From IMG/VR virus record IMGVR_UViG_3300029985_000017, positions 99,230-163,229 of that record: DNA of 64,000 nucleotides. The stretch is one strand, 5' to 3'. The notes beneath the pieces are model-generated. The model saw only the letters and a list, made by a program, of their open reading frames with translations. It did not search any database and was not told the DNA's origin. The DNA is from a virus. Below are positions 46,460 through 56,982 of the stretch, in pieces; the first letter of the stretch is position 1, and each line of letters opens with the position of its first letter. The position numbers and the translations under genes were made by a program.

Positions 46460-48752
46460 TTATTTACTAGTCTTATTCCAAATTTTATCGTGCCACATCT
46501 TCTTGGTATCATTATAGAATTTCATGGTAGGTGCCATACAGTACCTAAAATGTTCCTGATGGTGCGAGATGTTCTTATCATATTTATTAATTCCCGTTAC
46601 GCACCCATAGAAGAATCCTTTGGCTACATAATTTAGGGAGTTGTTTTCTAGATTAACTGGATTATAAGCTCTAATCATGACTTCTTGTCCTAGAATGAAG
46701 CCTGAACCCATTAGAAATAAAACTTTAATTAGAGTCCACATTTATTTGCCTTAGTGATCTTTTCAAGTTCTTTACGAATTTCAACCACGACATTTAAAAT
46801 CTCTTTTTGGTGACCATACATGCGAGTAAGAGATTCCTTTAAATATTGATTTTCATCTACTACTTCATTATGAACTTCAATTAGTCGCTCTAATTGTTTT
46901 GGATTAGGCACAACTGCCAAAATCTCACTTGAATCATTAAATCTTGTGCATTTGATTTCAGGAAAATCTCTGTCTTTATACCATCTACTCATTTGGGGTC
47001 TCCTTCGTCCACGCTGAGAGCGTTTCTAGCAATTCTTTGGTGATCAAAGAAGTGCCTGGCTATGATTTCATTATTTTCTTGGTCACTATTACAAAGCTCA
47101 GTTCCATAGGTAGGTCTCGCAATATTCTCCAGTGCCGCCCGAAGCTTTAAGTTCTCTTCGCCATACTCAAAGCGATCTTGTTCACACTCTTTCAAGACCA
47201 TATTCAAGCCACCGATCTCTTCTCGAAGCCTGCGCACTTCGGCAAGTAAATTGGTAATATCTTCTGGAGCATGGGCTATAAACTCTCCATCATCATCCCC
47301 CGTGGGAAATCCGCCCTTATCACAATCTCCGTGTTTGTCTTCTTTACAGTCATCAGGACTACTGTGATCTTCAAGTATAAAAGTTCTATTTCCAGTGACA
47401 ACCATAGAATATGCGCACCAGTTATCACCTGGAATATGTCTCCATGGGCTTGGGGATGCTTTATTTAATCTATTTTCAATTTCTTTAAGTTGTAATTCAG
47501 TCATTTTGTGTCCTTTAGATAAGCATCTAGCCAATCCCTAAGCTTCTTAGCCTGTCCTTTATTAAGCTCTATATGAAAATGTTGAAAGTTATCCGTATTA
47601 GGGGTAAACAATAGTACAGGATAGATCTTCTTTCTATCTGGCTTAAACAAATCCTTACTATCATTGGCGTCATAGCTAATTTGCAAATTATTGAACTTGC
47701 TCTTAATTATATCTGTACCACCAAACTTTGATTTGTAGCTCATTTTGTAACCCAATTCGCTTTCTTACTAAATAAAGCTTCCCAAAATCCCATGGTATAA
47801 AAGTCTACCTTGACTCCCCTAGGAAATACATTGCCCATTAGACACATATTTAATAAATTAATTGGTCCTTTTACTCTAACTGTAATATAATAATTTTCGC
47901 AGTCCTCTATTACTTTCCACTTTTGAAAGTTACCTGTAAGATAAAGATTTAGAATAGAGGAAGAAGCACTCATTTAATTTCCTTACCATGATACAAATTT
48001 GGGCTGCAAACGCAGATAGCCCTATCTGGAGATCCAAAGTAGGTGTCCATATCTTTATGGAGGTCATTACAAAGATCTATACAGTTTTGTTTTGTACATT
48101 CTAGTGTACACTTGCCAGCCGTGCTACAAGATGGCAAAAAAAGAAACAATAAAAATAAATATTTCATTTTATTCCTTACAAACAATCATCTGGGGGATTA
48201 GAGCCCTTTGGTTCTTCTGCTGGAGCTTCTAGTGCTTTATCATGATTATCCGCATCTTTACCGATCCAGGGCTCAATGGTGTTAGTTTGATATTGCATAT
48301 TTAGTTCTGGCTTAGAGAACTCAAAACTTTCTGGGCTTTCTAACTTGGACCATTCACTTACCATACTCCTGGTATCTAATTCATAAATATAACCGTCGTC
48401 CCCAAGAGCATAGAGGCCATTTGGAGTAGATGAAATTGCATTAAATCTAACTTTTGCCATGATCTTCTTCCTTCCTAAGTTTAATCGTTCTATATCTCTT
48501 TGCCTTATTGTACGCATCGCCCTCATCATAGGCATAAACGGTCGTATCCAGTTTACTTACCGTATCAGAGCCTGTAATTTCGGCTGTAACCCTGTAATAT
48601 CCCGGTTTAGAAGGATTCTCATTTGGGCCATTATGGGGCTGTGATTTAAGTGCTTCTTGGATAGTTTCAGGTTTTTTAGTAAAAATGATATAAAGAATCA
48701 TTCCCATCGCAATGACTATGCCGCCTATAAAACCGTAAAAATCTGGTTCCAT
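46460..48752 (-). CDS. Run of short coupled hypothetical genes (46460-46741, 46729-46992, 46989-47504 Ead/Ea22-like, 47501-47743, 47740-47973, 47970-48167 Cys-rich lipoprotein, 48176-48460, 48447-48752)
   Basis: Tight ATGA overlaps; EFIAHAPEDITNLLAEVRRL Ead-like motif; FLPSC lipobox. Confidence 0.55.
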
Positions 48753-48916
48753 TACTCTTTGTCCTTCTTAGCTTTATGCTCAATTCTTTTGGCGGCAGCT
48801 CTTTCCTTACCTTTAGTAATTTGCTTACCAATCTTACCTGGAGGGAAACATGACCCAGGACGTTTTGACCAAGTCTCGAATCCCGGTCCCTTTGCACCTT
48901 TCTTAGTTCTACTCAT
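48752..48916 (-). CDS. 54-aa very basic microprotein (absent from ORF track)
   Basis: MSRTKKGAKGPGFETWSKRPG...; fills the gap exactly, TAATG coupling. Confidence 0.65.
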   Translation of the reverse strand: MSRTKKGAKGPGFETWSKRPGSCFPPGKIGKQITKGKERAAAKRIEHKAKKDKE

Positions 48917-48917
48917 G

Positions 48918-49400
48918 CTATGTTTTCTTTACATCACATTTCGTGCAATAATCAAATGAATCATAAAAACCTTGGTAAGTCTCCCAAGAATGATGGCATT
49001 CTAGGGGTGACCGTTTCATAAAAGAGTCCCATAACTCTTGTTCCAGTTTGACAGCTCCGGCTTTAATGGCAGTGTTGATATCAACCCATTCTGGCACTCC
49101 CGCTCCATTCGAAATAAGAACTTGGCCGTTTTCTCCAGACGCTATATATCTCAAAACGTCATAGATATGATCAGTATGATCTTTAACTAATGTTAAATCT
49201 GATTCAAAACATCTAAAATACATGGTTTTCGTGTCTTTTGTCTCTATCATTCCCCAATACTCTCTTAATGGGCCTGTATAATTTTCTACGGCTATATCAC
49301 AGAGACCATTAGGACTTGCTTCTGTAACAGTAGCAACAACTGCTTCCTCTACTCCCCACAAATTAATCCAAACTTTATCGCCTACATTGAACTTATTCAT
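48918..49400 (-). CDS. Mosaic hypothetical protein
   Basis: Start MNKFNVGDKV (KOW-like); C-terminal CHHSW...CTKC. Confidence 0.55.
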   Translation of the reverse strand: MNKFNVGDKVWINLWGVEEAVVATVTEASPNGLCDIAVENYTGPLREYWGMIETKDTKTMYFRCFESDLTLVKDHTDHIYDVLRYIASGENGQVLISNGAGVPEWVDINTAIKAGAVKLEQELWDSFMKRSPLECHHSWETYQGFYDSFDYCTKCDVKKT

Positions 49401-49560
49401 ATCAAGCCACATCCAAAAATAGTACAAAAGCTGCAAATCCACACAAAGCGGAATTAAAATGAAAAGCAAAATATGTAAAAGCTAAACATAACAACATTCT
49501 AGGTACTTTATCCATTTTTGCCTCCAATAATAATCAATATACCTGTTCTATTTTAGAATG

Positions 49561-50052
49561 TCAAGCAGAAAGTGCAATGGGCAGATACCAATCAGGGGGT
49601 TGTCTATTTGTCCATTTAGGGGCGCGTTTGTCATTTTTCCACTTTTCATTCAAATAGAGTCTATAGGCTTGAGTAGTATCTTCTATATGTTTAAAGGTTG
49701 TACAGTTAGGAAAAGGAGTCCGTTCTGTAGTAGCGTAGTTCAACTTGGTAGAATTATTTATAAAAACAGTTTGGTATTGCTCACATTTATGAATCTTACC
49801 AAACCTATAAGTATACTCCTCGCAAAGAAACATAAAATGTCCAAAAAGCCAGAAGTAATTGGCATGAGAAGTTCTAGTCCAAATCGCGCATGGATGATTT
49901 TGATGTGTAGTCTTATAAGGACCTTTAATGCCATTTAAGTTTAGATTTGTGGAGAGCATCTGTGCGCTCTCTAAAATCATTTTTATAAGACGTTTGTCAT
50001 CAAGAGCTTGAGCTGATTCTTTGGTACTAACAGATGAGGCAAAGATGTTCAC
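49561..50052 (-). CDS. Pyrimidine-dimer DNA glycosylase (DenV-like family)
   Basis: MNIF...KMILESAQMLST...HQNHPCAIW...EYTYRFGKIH...KWTNRQPPDW. Confidence 0.8.
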   Translation of the reverse strand: MNIFASSVSTKESAQALDDKRLIKMILESAQMLSTNLNLNGIKGPYKTTHQNHPCAIWTRTSHANYFWLFGHFMFLCEEYTYRFGKIHKCEQYQTVFINNSTKLNYATTERTPFPNCTTFKHIEDTTQAYRLYLNEKWKNDKRAPKWTNRQPPDWYLPIALSA

Positions 50053-50093
50053 TACTTCTGACTCCTAGCCAAATATTTGTTATATACCTTACC

Positions 50094-50345
50094 TCAATAA
50101 TATCCAACATCCGTATATCCATAGAATGCCATAAGCATAGCTATTTTGTCAAGCAAAATCTGATTGTATCCTATATCTTCAGCAATATAATGTGCAATGG
50201 CAACACATGGACAATGGGTTGCAACTGCATACGCTGCAATTGCTTTGCTTAGAGCTTCAGGATCTTGTGTTAATTCTTTGTCTTTTCTCCACCACGATTG
50301 TACAATCGGGCGATTTAAAACGTATTGGTTTAGATTGATTTTCAT
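50094..50345 (-). CDS. Hypothetical protein
   Basis: In operon. Confidence 0.5.
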   Translation of the reverse strand: MKINLNQYVLNRPIVQSWWRKDKELTQDPEALSKAIAAYAVATHCPCVAIAHYIAEDIGYNQILLDKIAMLMAFYGYTDVGYY

Positions 50346-50615
50346 TTAAATAACTAGTTCTTTTAAGAACTGCTTAGTTCCCCATGGTGATTGAACAATC
50401 TCGGTTCCTTCTTGTTTACCAATAAGTATATACCCGTGCATTGGGTCTAGACTGTCATCTCCCAAGTGTAATCCGTAGAGGTATAGTCCGCATTTAGATT
50501 TACGGACCCACTTATACATATAATGTTTTTTACGTCTAACTCCAACGTAATGAAATACTTTCAATACATCAAATTCATGTATTTCTTTGCCGTTTTTGTC
50601 AAAGGCTTGTTTCAT
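50346..50615 (-). CDS. YopX-like protein
   Basis: DKNGKEIHEFDVL. Confidence 0.6.
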   Translation of the reverse strand: MKQAFDKNGKEIHEFDVLKVFHYVGVRRKKHYMYKWVRKSKCGLYLYGLHLGDDSLDPMHGYILIGKQEGTEIVQSPWGTKQFLKELVI

Positions 50616-50632
50616 AATTTTCCTTTAAAATT

Positions 50633-50782
50633 AGGTGGGTCAGTTCGCCATTCTGACTTCTTGGTTTTAACCTATGCAGTATCTACCCTGCATTCGTACA
50701 ATACGACGGAATCCACTCGCGTAAAGAAAATAAGGCCCAAGCCTAGGAATTATAGACACGTTAGGGCTACGTGTGTCCACCT
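50633..50782 (-). ncRNA. Putative structured tRNA-like RNA (150 nt)
   Basis: Starts 6 nt after -10. Closing stem AGGUGG/CCACCU, 5' hairpin ACACGU/ACGUGU, 3' stacked hairpin GUCAG/CUGAC. Confidence 0.6.
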
Positions 50783-50788
50783 TTAATC

Positions 50789-50817
50789 AGACTAATCTAT
50801 GTATTTGGGAAAGTCAA
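50789..50817 (-). promoter_or_regulatory. sigma70-type promoter
   Basis: TTGACT-N17-TAGTCT. Confidence 0.75.
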
Positions 50818-52374
50818 GAGTTATTTTTTTGAGAGTATTCTGTAACAGAAATAAGCATATCTAGAAAGTTTTTAGCACCAAGATTGTAAACTTCGAGTTG
50901 TTCATGAGGAATAACCCCTCCATGATGATCTTGGATCCATCGGGCTTCAGCGTCATACATACACATAGCAATATTGGATTGCCACGTATGATAATAGCTT
51001 CCTGGGGCTTTTCCTTCTGCTTTTAACGCTTCCACTAAAATATCCATAGCTTGTCTAGTCTTCATAATAGATGGTGTCATATTTTAATACTCCGGCCAGT
51101 ATTTAGCCAACGGATGGTCTGCGCCAAATTGCATGACAGCTACATCAGTCATACCATTAAGATAATCCTTGAACAATCTTCGTTTCCAGAGTTTGGCGGC
51201 CATGCGACACATCCAAGACTTGGGGGCTGCAACTTGAATCAATAACCATGCCAAGGCTCTGGCATCCGTATTGCTGGTTGGAGTGGGCAAACTAGCATAC
51301 AAAATAACCATCGCAGTATAGAATCTAAATGGAAAAAGTGGGGTCTTCCCAGCCGCCCATACGTAAGCGGAGTATAGTTGTAATTGACGCCATAGGAATG
51401 CTTGGTCTGTCCAGGTTCCATCAACGTTATTGAATGCTCCGTAGTGTTTATAGCCATAGGTAAGGGTGTCTTGGGCTAAGCTTTTATCTTGGAGGAATGA
51501 AGCTGCTGAAGCTACACCAAAATTATCGTCTGGAGCTTCTTGCCCCCCAGCATTAATAGGATTACGCATTAGGAGTCCGGGGACCTTAAAACAAGACTCT
51601 ATAATAGCCTTATAATTCATTTGATCTACAAGAGTAGCTTGGCCTAGGCGATTTAGAATAACGAAGTATTCGGATAAATAAAGAACCCCATTATTGGAAC
51701 CGGTGTTTAGTCTGGGTTGAACTAGACCATATTGATCTAGATAGGGAACGATTTCGTCTTTGAGGGACATATTATTCCTTATCTAATTCTTCGGCCACAA
51801 AAGCAGGGAAAGGACTGGAAAGTGTATATAAATTAACCGGTTTCCCGTTAGAAACATAGTCGGTAGAAGTAGGTTCAGATTTTTCCAATTCAGTATCAAT
51901 TTCAAGATCAAAATCACCATACATTACCATAGTAACCTTCGCCATAGATCCGGCTTCTACTTCAAACCTAAGAGACTTAACAAATTTAAGAGGAACGTCG
52001 TCCAGAAATACTTGGCAGTTAAAACCGGATGTTAGTTCACCTGAATCTGGTCTTTTGCAAACTTTAATTTTTTGAGTTTTAGTTTTATTTTCCATTTAAA
52101 ATCCCATCGCTTTTTCGACAGCTAGATCTTCATGACAAAGCCATACAGCGTCCTTTAAATAATTTTTAGTTACCTTCGCATGATATTGATGAATTTTACA
52201 ATTCCCTTTATATTTATCGTCTATTTGCACTTCAATGTCCGCTTCCGCTCCTTGATATGGGCCACTAACCACTTTTACATGGTCCGCCCACCTATAGGGC
52301 TCTATTTGGGAGACGTATTTAGAACAACCAGTAAGAGCCCATATAGTCAAAACCAAAACCAAATACCTTTTCAT
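50814..52374 (-). CDS. Four hypothetical genes (50814-51080, 51084-51770 helical, 51772-52095, 52096-52374 lipoprotein with KOW-like motif)
   Basis: Tightly packed ORFs; LTGC lipobox in the last. Confidence 0.55.
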
Positions 52375-52391
52375 AAATACTCCTTAAAATT

Positions 52392-52606
52392 GTTGGCGGG
52401 GCTTTCGCCGTGCTCGCGCTAGAGGTTCACCGGATGATCCCTCCCAATCTAGTAGCAAGCTAGATCTCCGCGCCTATGTGCTTCATGGTTTATGCACACA
52501 TACAAACCACTCTCAACTGCTTTTACCCTCGAATTACTGCTTTTACTCCCGTTTAAGGGCACCGCAGAGTACAGGGGTTATTGCAGCCCACACACCTACC
52601 GCCAAC
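52392..52606 (-). ncRNA. Putative structured RNA (215 nt)
   Basis: Perfect closing stem GUUGGCGG/CCGCCAAC; GGC-GAAA-GCC; AUCUAG/CUAGAU; TGATATAAA upstream. Confidence 0.65.
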
Positions 52607-52799
52607 GTATTGTTTATATCATAATTACGTTTAATCCAAGACCTCTCGGTACAAGTTAACTAGCTATCCGTCCAGGACAGCTTTTGTTCTCATTTTTAAG
52701 AATTAACTTTTTCAACTGTTTCTTCGGTTTTTTAACCTCAGAAACTGTGCCTCTCAAACGAACTCGATCGCCTAAATTGAATTGCGTCATGTTTACTCC

Positions 52800-55242
52800 T
52801 TATTTACAATTACCATTAATAAACTTTTTAATGGCTTCTAGATCTTCATCAAAATGAACTTGTTGACCCTTGCGTTCAGCTTCATAGACAGCCAAATCAA
52901 ACAAAGGACTCATCAATTTAGAGCACTCTATGGGTGATCTATGTACATGGGGATGGGTTAAAGCAAAAATTAAAATCATTACGTTGGTCATTTTACTTTC
53001 CCCCAAAATATGTTAAATAGTGTGTATGCGCCTGACTTGAAAAAAGACTTAGGATAGCAGAAGTTATAAAAGCTACTTTAAATAATGGCTTAATATCTTC
53101 AAACTTCTCTATGCCGTTATTATAGAAGTGCGTACCGAACATAAGGCTAATCCAGCCGCTAAAATGAATGATGTAGGCATGAAACCAAGTAGTTAGATAA
53201 TTCATTTAATAAAAGTAGCTGTATAAATAGTTTCGCCATCATGATCGTATCTGTAGTCAGGAATCACCCTATACTTTCCGGGGCCGTCCCAAACCAAACT
53301 ATAGTTATAATAGTATGAGTACCTCTTCAGAGCTAAAGTCAACGCTTCAGCTTGTTCTTTACTGGTAAATGTAGCACATCCTTCTTTGCCTTCAACCCCC
53401 ATTGCGGGATAGTAGCACTCCTCAAAACTGGTTTCTTTTATAAGTCTATTTTTATTATCTTCAAACGCTTTATTTTTTATTTTCATGTCAAGTATGTTAA
53501 ATTGGTGATATAATTTATCATGTTCGTCTACTGAAGGTTTTAGTAGATCCATTTTAATTTTCATTTGTTCAAGTCGTCTTTCATCGGTCCATATATAATT
53601 GGGATCTGTAAAATTAGGGCATTTGGGACATAAATAGTCTATGCCATAATCAACCATTTGAGTACCGCAGTCTGTACAAAGAAATAGAGTAGTCATAATT
53701 AATTCTCGCCTTTATTGTGAGCATCAGATATATAGTAAATTCCTAAACTAGCGATAATAAGTATTGGTAGAGATGCTCCCACCAAACCAAAATATGAGCT
53801 AATGTTTGCCGATGCCCAACCAACTAAAAGGCAATACCCTACAATGCCAAGCATAATCAACCAAAAATAGGCCACTTCTTTAAGAGCTTGCTTATTCATA
53901 TTTAAATCCCTCTCTAACAATTTCAACATTCTCCCATTTTGTCTCACCAGTAGTTCTACATAAAAGCTGCTGTTGAAGGGTGTCTTTATAAATAGGACGA
54001 ATACTGGGATTGTTAATATACCTACGAATTCTAAAGTTATTGGTCTTTTCCCAGAAATATACTACTACGGGTGGAACTCCTTCTGTGCCTATGTCCATTC
54101 TATTAGCCCTCCACAATTTCAACAGCTTCTATTTCAGAAACTGGAAAATATACACCATCAGAGGTGTCAAATCTTCCAAATTTAAATATACTCTCTATAT
54201 AAGCTTGGGCTCTTTCTTTGGAAGTCCATTTAAAGATAGTATATCTAAAACCTGCGATCTGAGCTTTAGGTTCAAAATATTCAGAATACATAGGGGCATC
54301 GAGACCTTTTACATGAACACAAACCCTAGACTTAGGAAGTGCGTTTTGCTCTTTTAGCCAGGTATCGTATTCTTGTTCTGCTGCAGCTTCACGAAGTTGG
54401 TTATCTTTTTTGTCAGCTTTATATGCCCAGATGCCAAAAGCTATGAATGATAAGAATATGAGTAGGGCTATCATAAGGACTCCTAACAATTAACTATTTG
54501 CTTTTATTCATTTGATCTACTTGTTTTTGAAGATCTTTTACTTTTTCATCGTGTTCTGGAGTCCATTCATAATTGGTTATTTCACCAAAAATACCATAGG
54601 AACGGATGTAGTCAAAATCGTTTTCTGTAGAGTTTTTAGTCCTTAGATTAAATTGATAAATTTGACTATTACAATAGCCAATTAATTTGGTCATATAAGG
54701 CAGTTTGGGCATATTGTTTACATCTAAAACTACAGTACCTGAAATAACATTATCAAGACATTCCTTCATAATCTTTGTGTCTTCTTTAGCGCCATCAGAA
54801 ATATGATAGGACTCAAATTCTTTTACTTTAGCCCACGTCTCTTCATCTAGATCGCCTTGAATATCTATAACAGAAAAGGTACCTAGAGGACGACCCCATC
54901 GATCGGAATCCTCAATAATATATGGTAATTTGGCTATTCGTATCATAAGGACTCCTAACAATTAACCGTGGTAAAGGGATACCCTATCCCAACTATAGCG
55001 CCTGGTATACCTTGGGTTCCACCAATAGTCTGGCCGGTTGGCTGAGTGGTTGGCTGAGCGCCTTTATGGACATCGCTCAAAACTTTTTGATGAGCAGCGT
55101 CTCCATGTGAAGGGTCGATTTCGTGCTTAAAGACCATATTCAAATGGTTTCTAATGACTTCGACTTGTTTTTCAGTTAGATTCGTTGAGCCAGAAATCTC
55201 AAAATGTCCTTGAAGCCAATAACAAAAATCTCGTGAAGTCAT
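52800..55242 (-). CDS. Run of short hypothetical genes (52800-52991, 52993-53205, 53202-53696 Zn-ribbon, 53699-53899, 53892-54122, 54103-54474, 54494-54946, 54955-55242)
   Basis: Coupled ORFs, several with TM segments; SD-supported starts. Confidence 0.55.
54469..54966. repeat. 26-bp perfect direct repeat (54469-54494 and 54941-54966)
   Basis: TATCATAAGGACTCCTAACAATTAAC occurs twice, flanking one gene. Confidence 0.9.
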
Positions 55243-55261
55243 AAAGTCTCCTTTAAAAAAT

Positions 55262-55453
55262 ACCCCGAATCTCGCATCGGGATAACCGCGCTTGTTGCTA
55301 CCTATTGGACTTGAGACGCCCTAGACCTTGGGTAGCTCAGGGATTGCGCATACGATTCCACGTTACGCTTTCGTGACCTCTCTAGGGCTACAACTCCACC
55401 GGAGAAGTAGCTTACCTGGGTGTTTTACAACCCATTTAAGGAATCGGGTCAGC
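55262..55453 (-). ncRNA. Structured leader or ncRNA upstream of gene 55242
   Basis: Begins after TTGACT-N17-TAAGGT (55488-55460); several stems; ends in CCCGA..UCGGG hairpin plus U-tract. Confidence 0.55.
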
Positions 55454-55846
55454 TATACAACCTTACCAAAGGATTTTAAAGAAGTCAAGAAAATAATAAA
55501 GTGTATCTTATAATGATCATAATACCCATTTTTGTATATTATACGATACACTTTGGCCAAAAATACCCTATTCTGATGGCGCAGCCCCAATAGACCTAAA
55601 ATATGTTTAAACACATTAGAAAGATATGTTTAAATATATTTGGCGGCGGTTTAATATTATTCCTATAGCACAACAATAGGTTGTGTATTGGGAGTTAAAA
55701 TAAACTAAGGATTGTCACTTTTGAGGGTTTATTGACGATCCTTAGGAATAAAAATGGGCAGGTCTTCACAAGGTGTCCTAAACACCGAGAATTTATCGGG
55801 ACCTGCTTAGCCCCTAAGCCTTTACACTTAGAAGTACCCTTAAAAA

Positions 55847-56026
55847 GTTGACGGGTGGGTCGCGACTCCCACAATGAGGCCCCTTGCAGTCAGGATTGCA
55901 CTCAGTTTTAGCCTGCTCTGCAAGATGCGTGTTCTAGTGGGCTGACCATTTACTTTCGTCGCATGTCGCAGTTACCGTCTACCGCAGCACTTGTAGACCC
56001 CACGCGTCTTCCACGCCTCCGTCAAC
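55847..56026 (-). ncRNA. tRNA-like RNA family, copy 1 (180 nt)
   Basis: GUUGACGG-AG-GCGUG-GAA..UAGAA-CACGC...GUGGG-AGUCGCGA-CCCAC-CCGUCAAC. Confidence 0.8.
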
Positions 56027-56049
56027 GTACCGTATATATCATAAAACTT

Positions 56050-56217
56050 GTTGACGGGCCGGTCGCGACACCGGCTTCGGGCTTAAATGTAACGATACTG
56101 GCCCATTTAAGGGTAGCGTACCCGACCACTCGTCTGATGTGCGTGTCTCTAGCGGTAGCCATCCGTTGTCATATGACCTCAACGACCCTCGCCGCAGCTT
56201 TCCACGCCTCCGTCAAC
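56050..56217 (-). ncRNA. tRNA-like RNA family, copy 2 (168 nt)
   Basis: GUUGACGG-AG-GCGUG-GAAAG..UAGAGA-CACGC...GCCGG-UGUCGCGA-CCGGC-CCGUCAAC; starts 6 nt after TTGACT-N17-TAGCCT. Confidence 0.8.
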
Positions 56218-56248
56218 TATTACAGGCTAACCTAAAGAACTGGGAAAG

Positions 56249-56593
56249 TCAAGAACTGTTTTTAGCTATTTCAATAAAAGTTTTTAAATTAATATTCGCT
56301 TGCTTGATTTGATTTTCTAAATATTCAATAAGAACATTAAAATCAGACTTCTTTGCCAATCTGACATTATCCGGATGTGTCCAGCCCTCATAATACATGA
56401 GGCCGTCTCGAGGGTCTCTTACAGCATAACAATAGTCCACTTCCAGTTCTTTGGCTTCTTTCTCAGAACACTCGAAAAAATGCAAGCCAGATATCAGGGG
56501 ACTATAATAACCGTATTTACCGTCTTCTTCTAATTGAACAGGATATTTATTATATTCAGTTATAATCCAATCGCCCTTTTTATATTTTTTCAT
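56249..56593 (-). CDS. Hypothetical protein (leaderless)
   Basis: ATG 6 nt after TTGACT-N17-TAAATT (56628-56600). Confidence 0.65.
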   Translation of the reverse strand: MKKYKKGDWIITEYNKYPVQLEEDGKYGYYSPLISGLHFFECSEKEAKELEVDYCYAVRDPRDGLMYYEGWTHPDNVRLAKKSDFNVLIEYLENQIKQANINLKTFIEIAKNSS

Positions 56594-56814
56594 TGAGTTA
56601 ATTTAACAAGGAATTTGGAGGAAGTCAAGAACTATTTTCCATTATCCGGTTGGCGAAGCTCGCTAGGTGTCCTAGAAGGCCTTCACGATCCCTAGGCCCT
56701 CAGTTGCCCTCGGGCTCCTATAAAGCCAGGTAAAGCGTAAAAGCTATTAATAGGCGGTAAGGGGCCAAGCCTTTATAAAAACGCGCTATAAGTCAACTGG
56801 GGGCGGTTTAAAGT

Positions 56815-56982
56815 GGAACTGGCAGGGTAGGGCGCGACTCCTACTCTGCGAATGCTCGCAGTCCACCATAACGTGTCTCTAGTGATCAGGATCGGTACCA
56901 AGCCGATTTAAGCAGCGCCCCTACCGTCTGCACCCTATAATCGAATATTAGATCCACAGCTTTCCACGTCGCCGCCAGTTCC
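56815..56982 (-). ncRNA. tRNA-like RNA family, copy 3 (168 nt)
   Basis: GGAACUGGCGG-CG-ACGUG-GAAAG..UAGAGA-CACGU...GUAGG-AGUCGCGC-CCUAC-CCUGCCAGUUCC. Confidence 0.75.

Noticed and set aside
54474-54961. Shared MLGVLM N-terminus as a protein motif
   Set aside because: It is the translated SD region of the 26-bp repeat; true starts are ATG 54474 and 54946
55328-56235. ORFs 55328-55513 and 55963-56235 (+)
   Set aside because: Antisense to the structured RNAs; GC-rich sequence explains the open frames
55847-56982. Canonical tRNAs, tmRNA, RNase P, SRP or YrlA Y RNA
   Set aside because: Too long for tRNA, with no GUUCRA T-loop or standard anticodon arm; hallmark motifs of the others not seen; YrlA has a closed acceptor stem, unlike these. 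An Rfam search is still needed.
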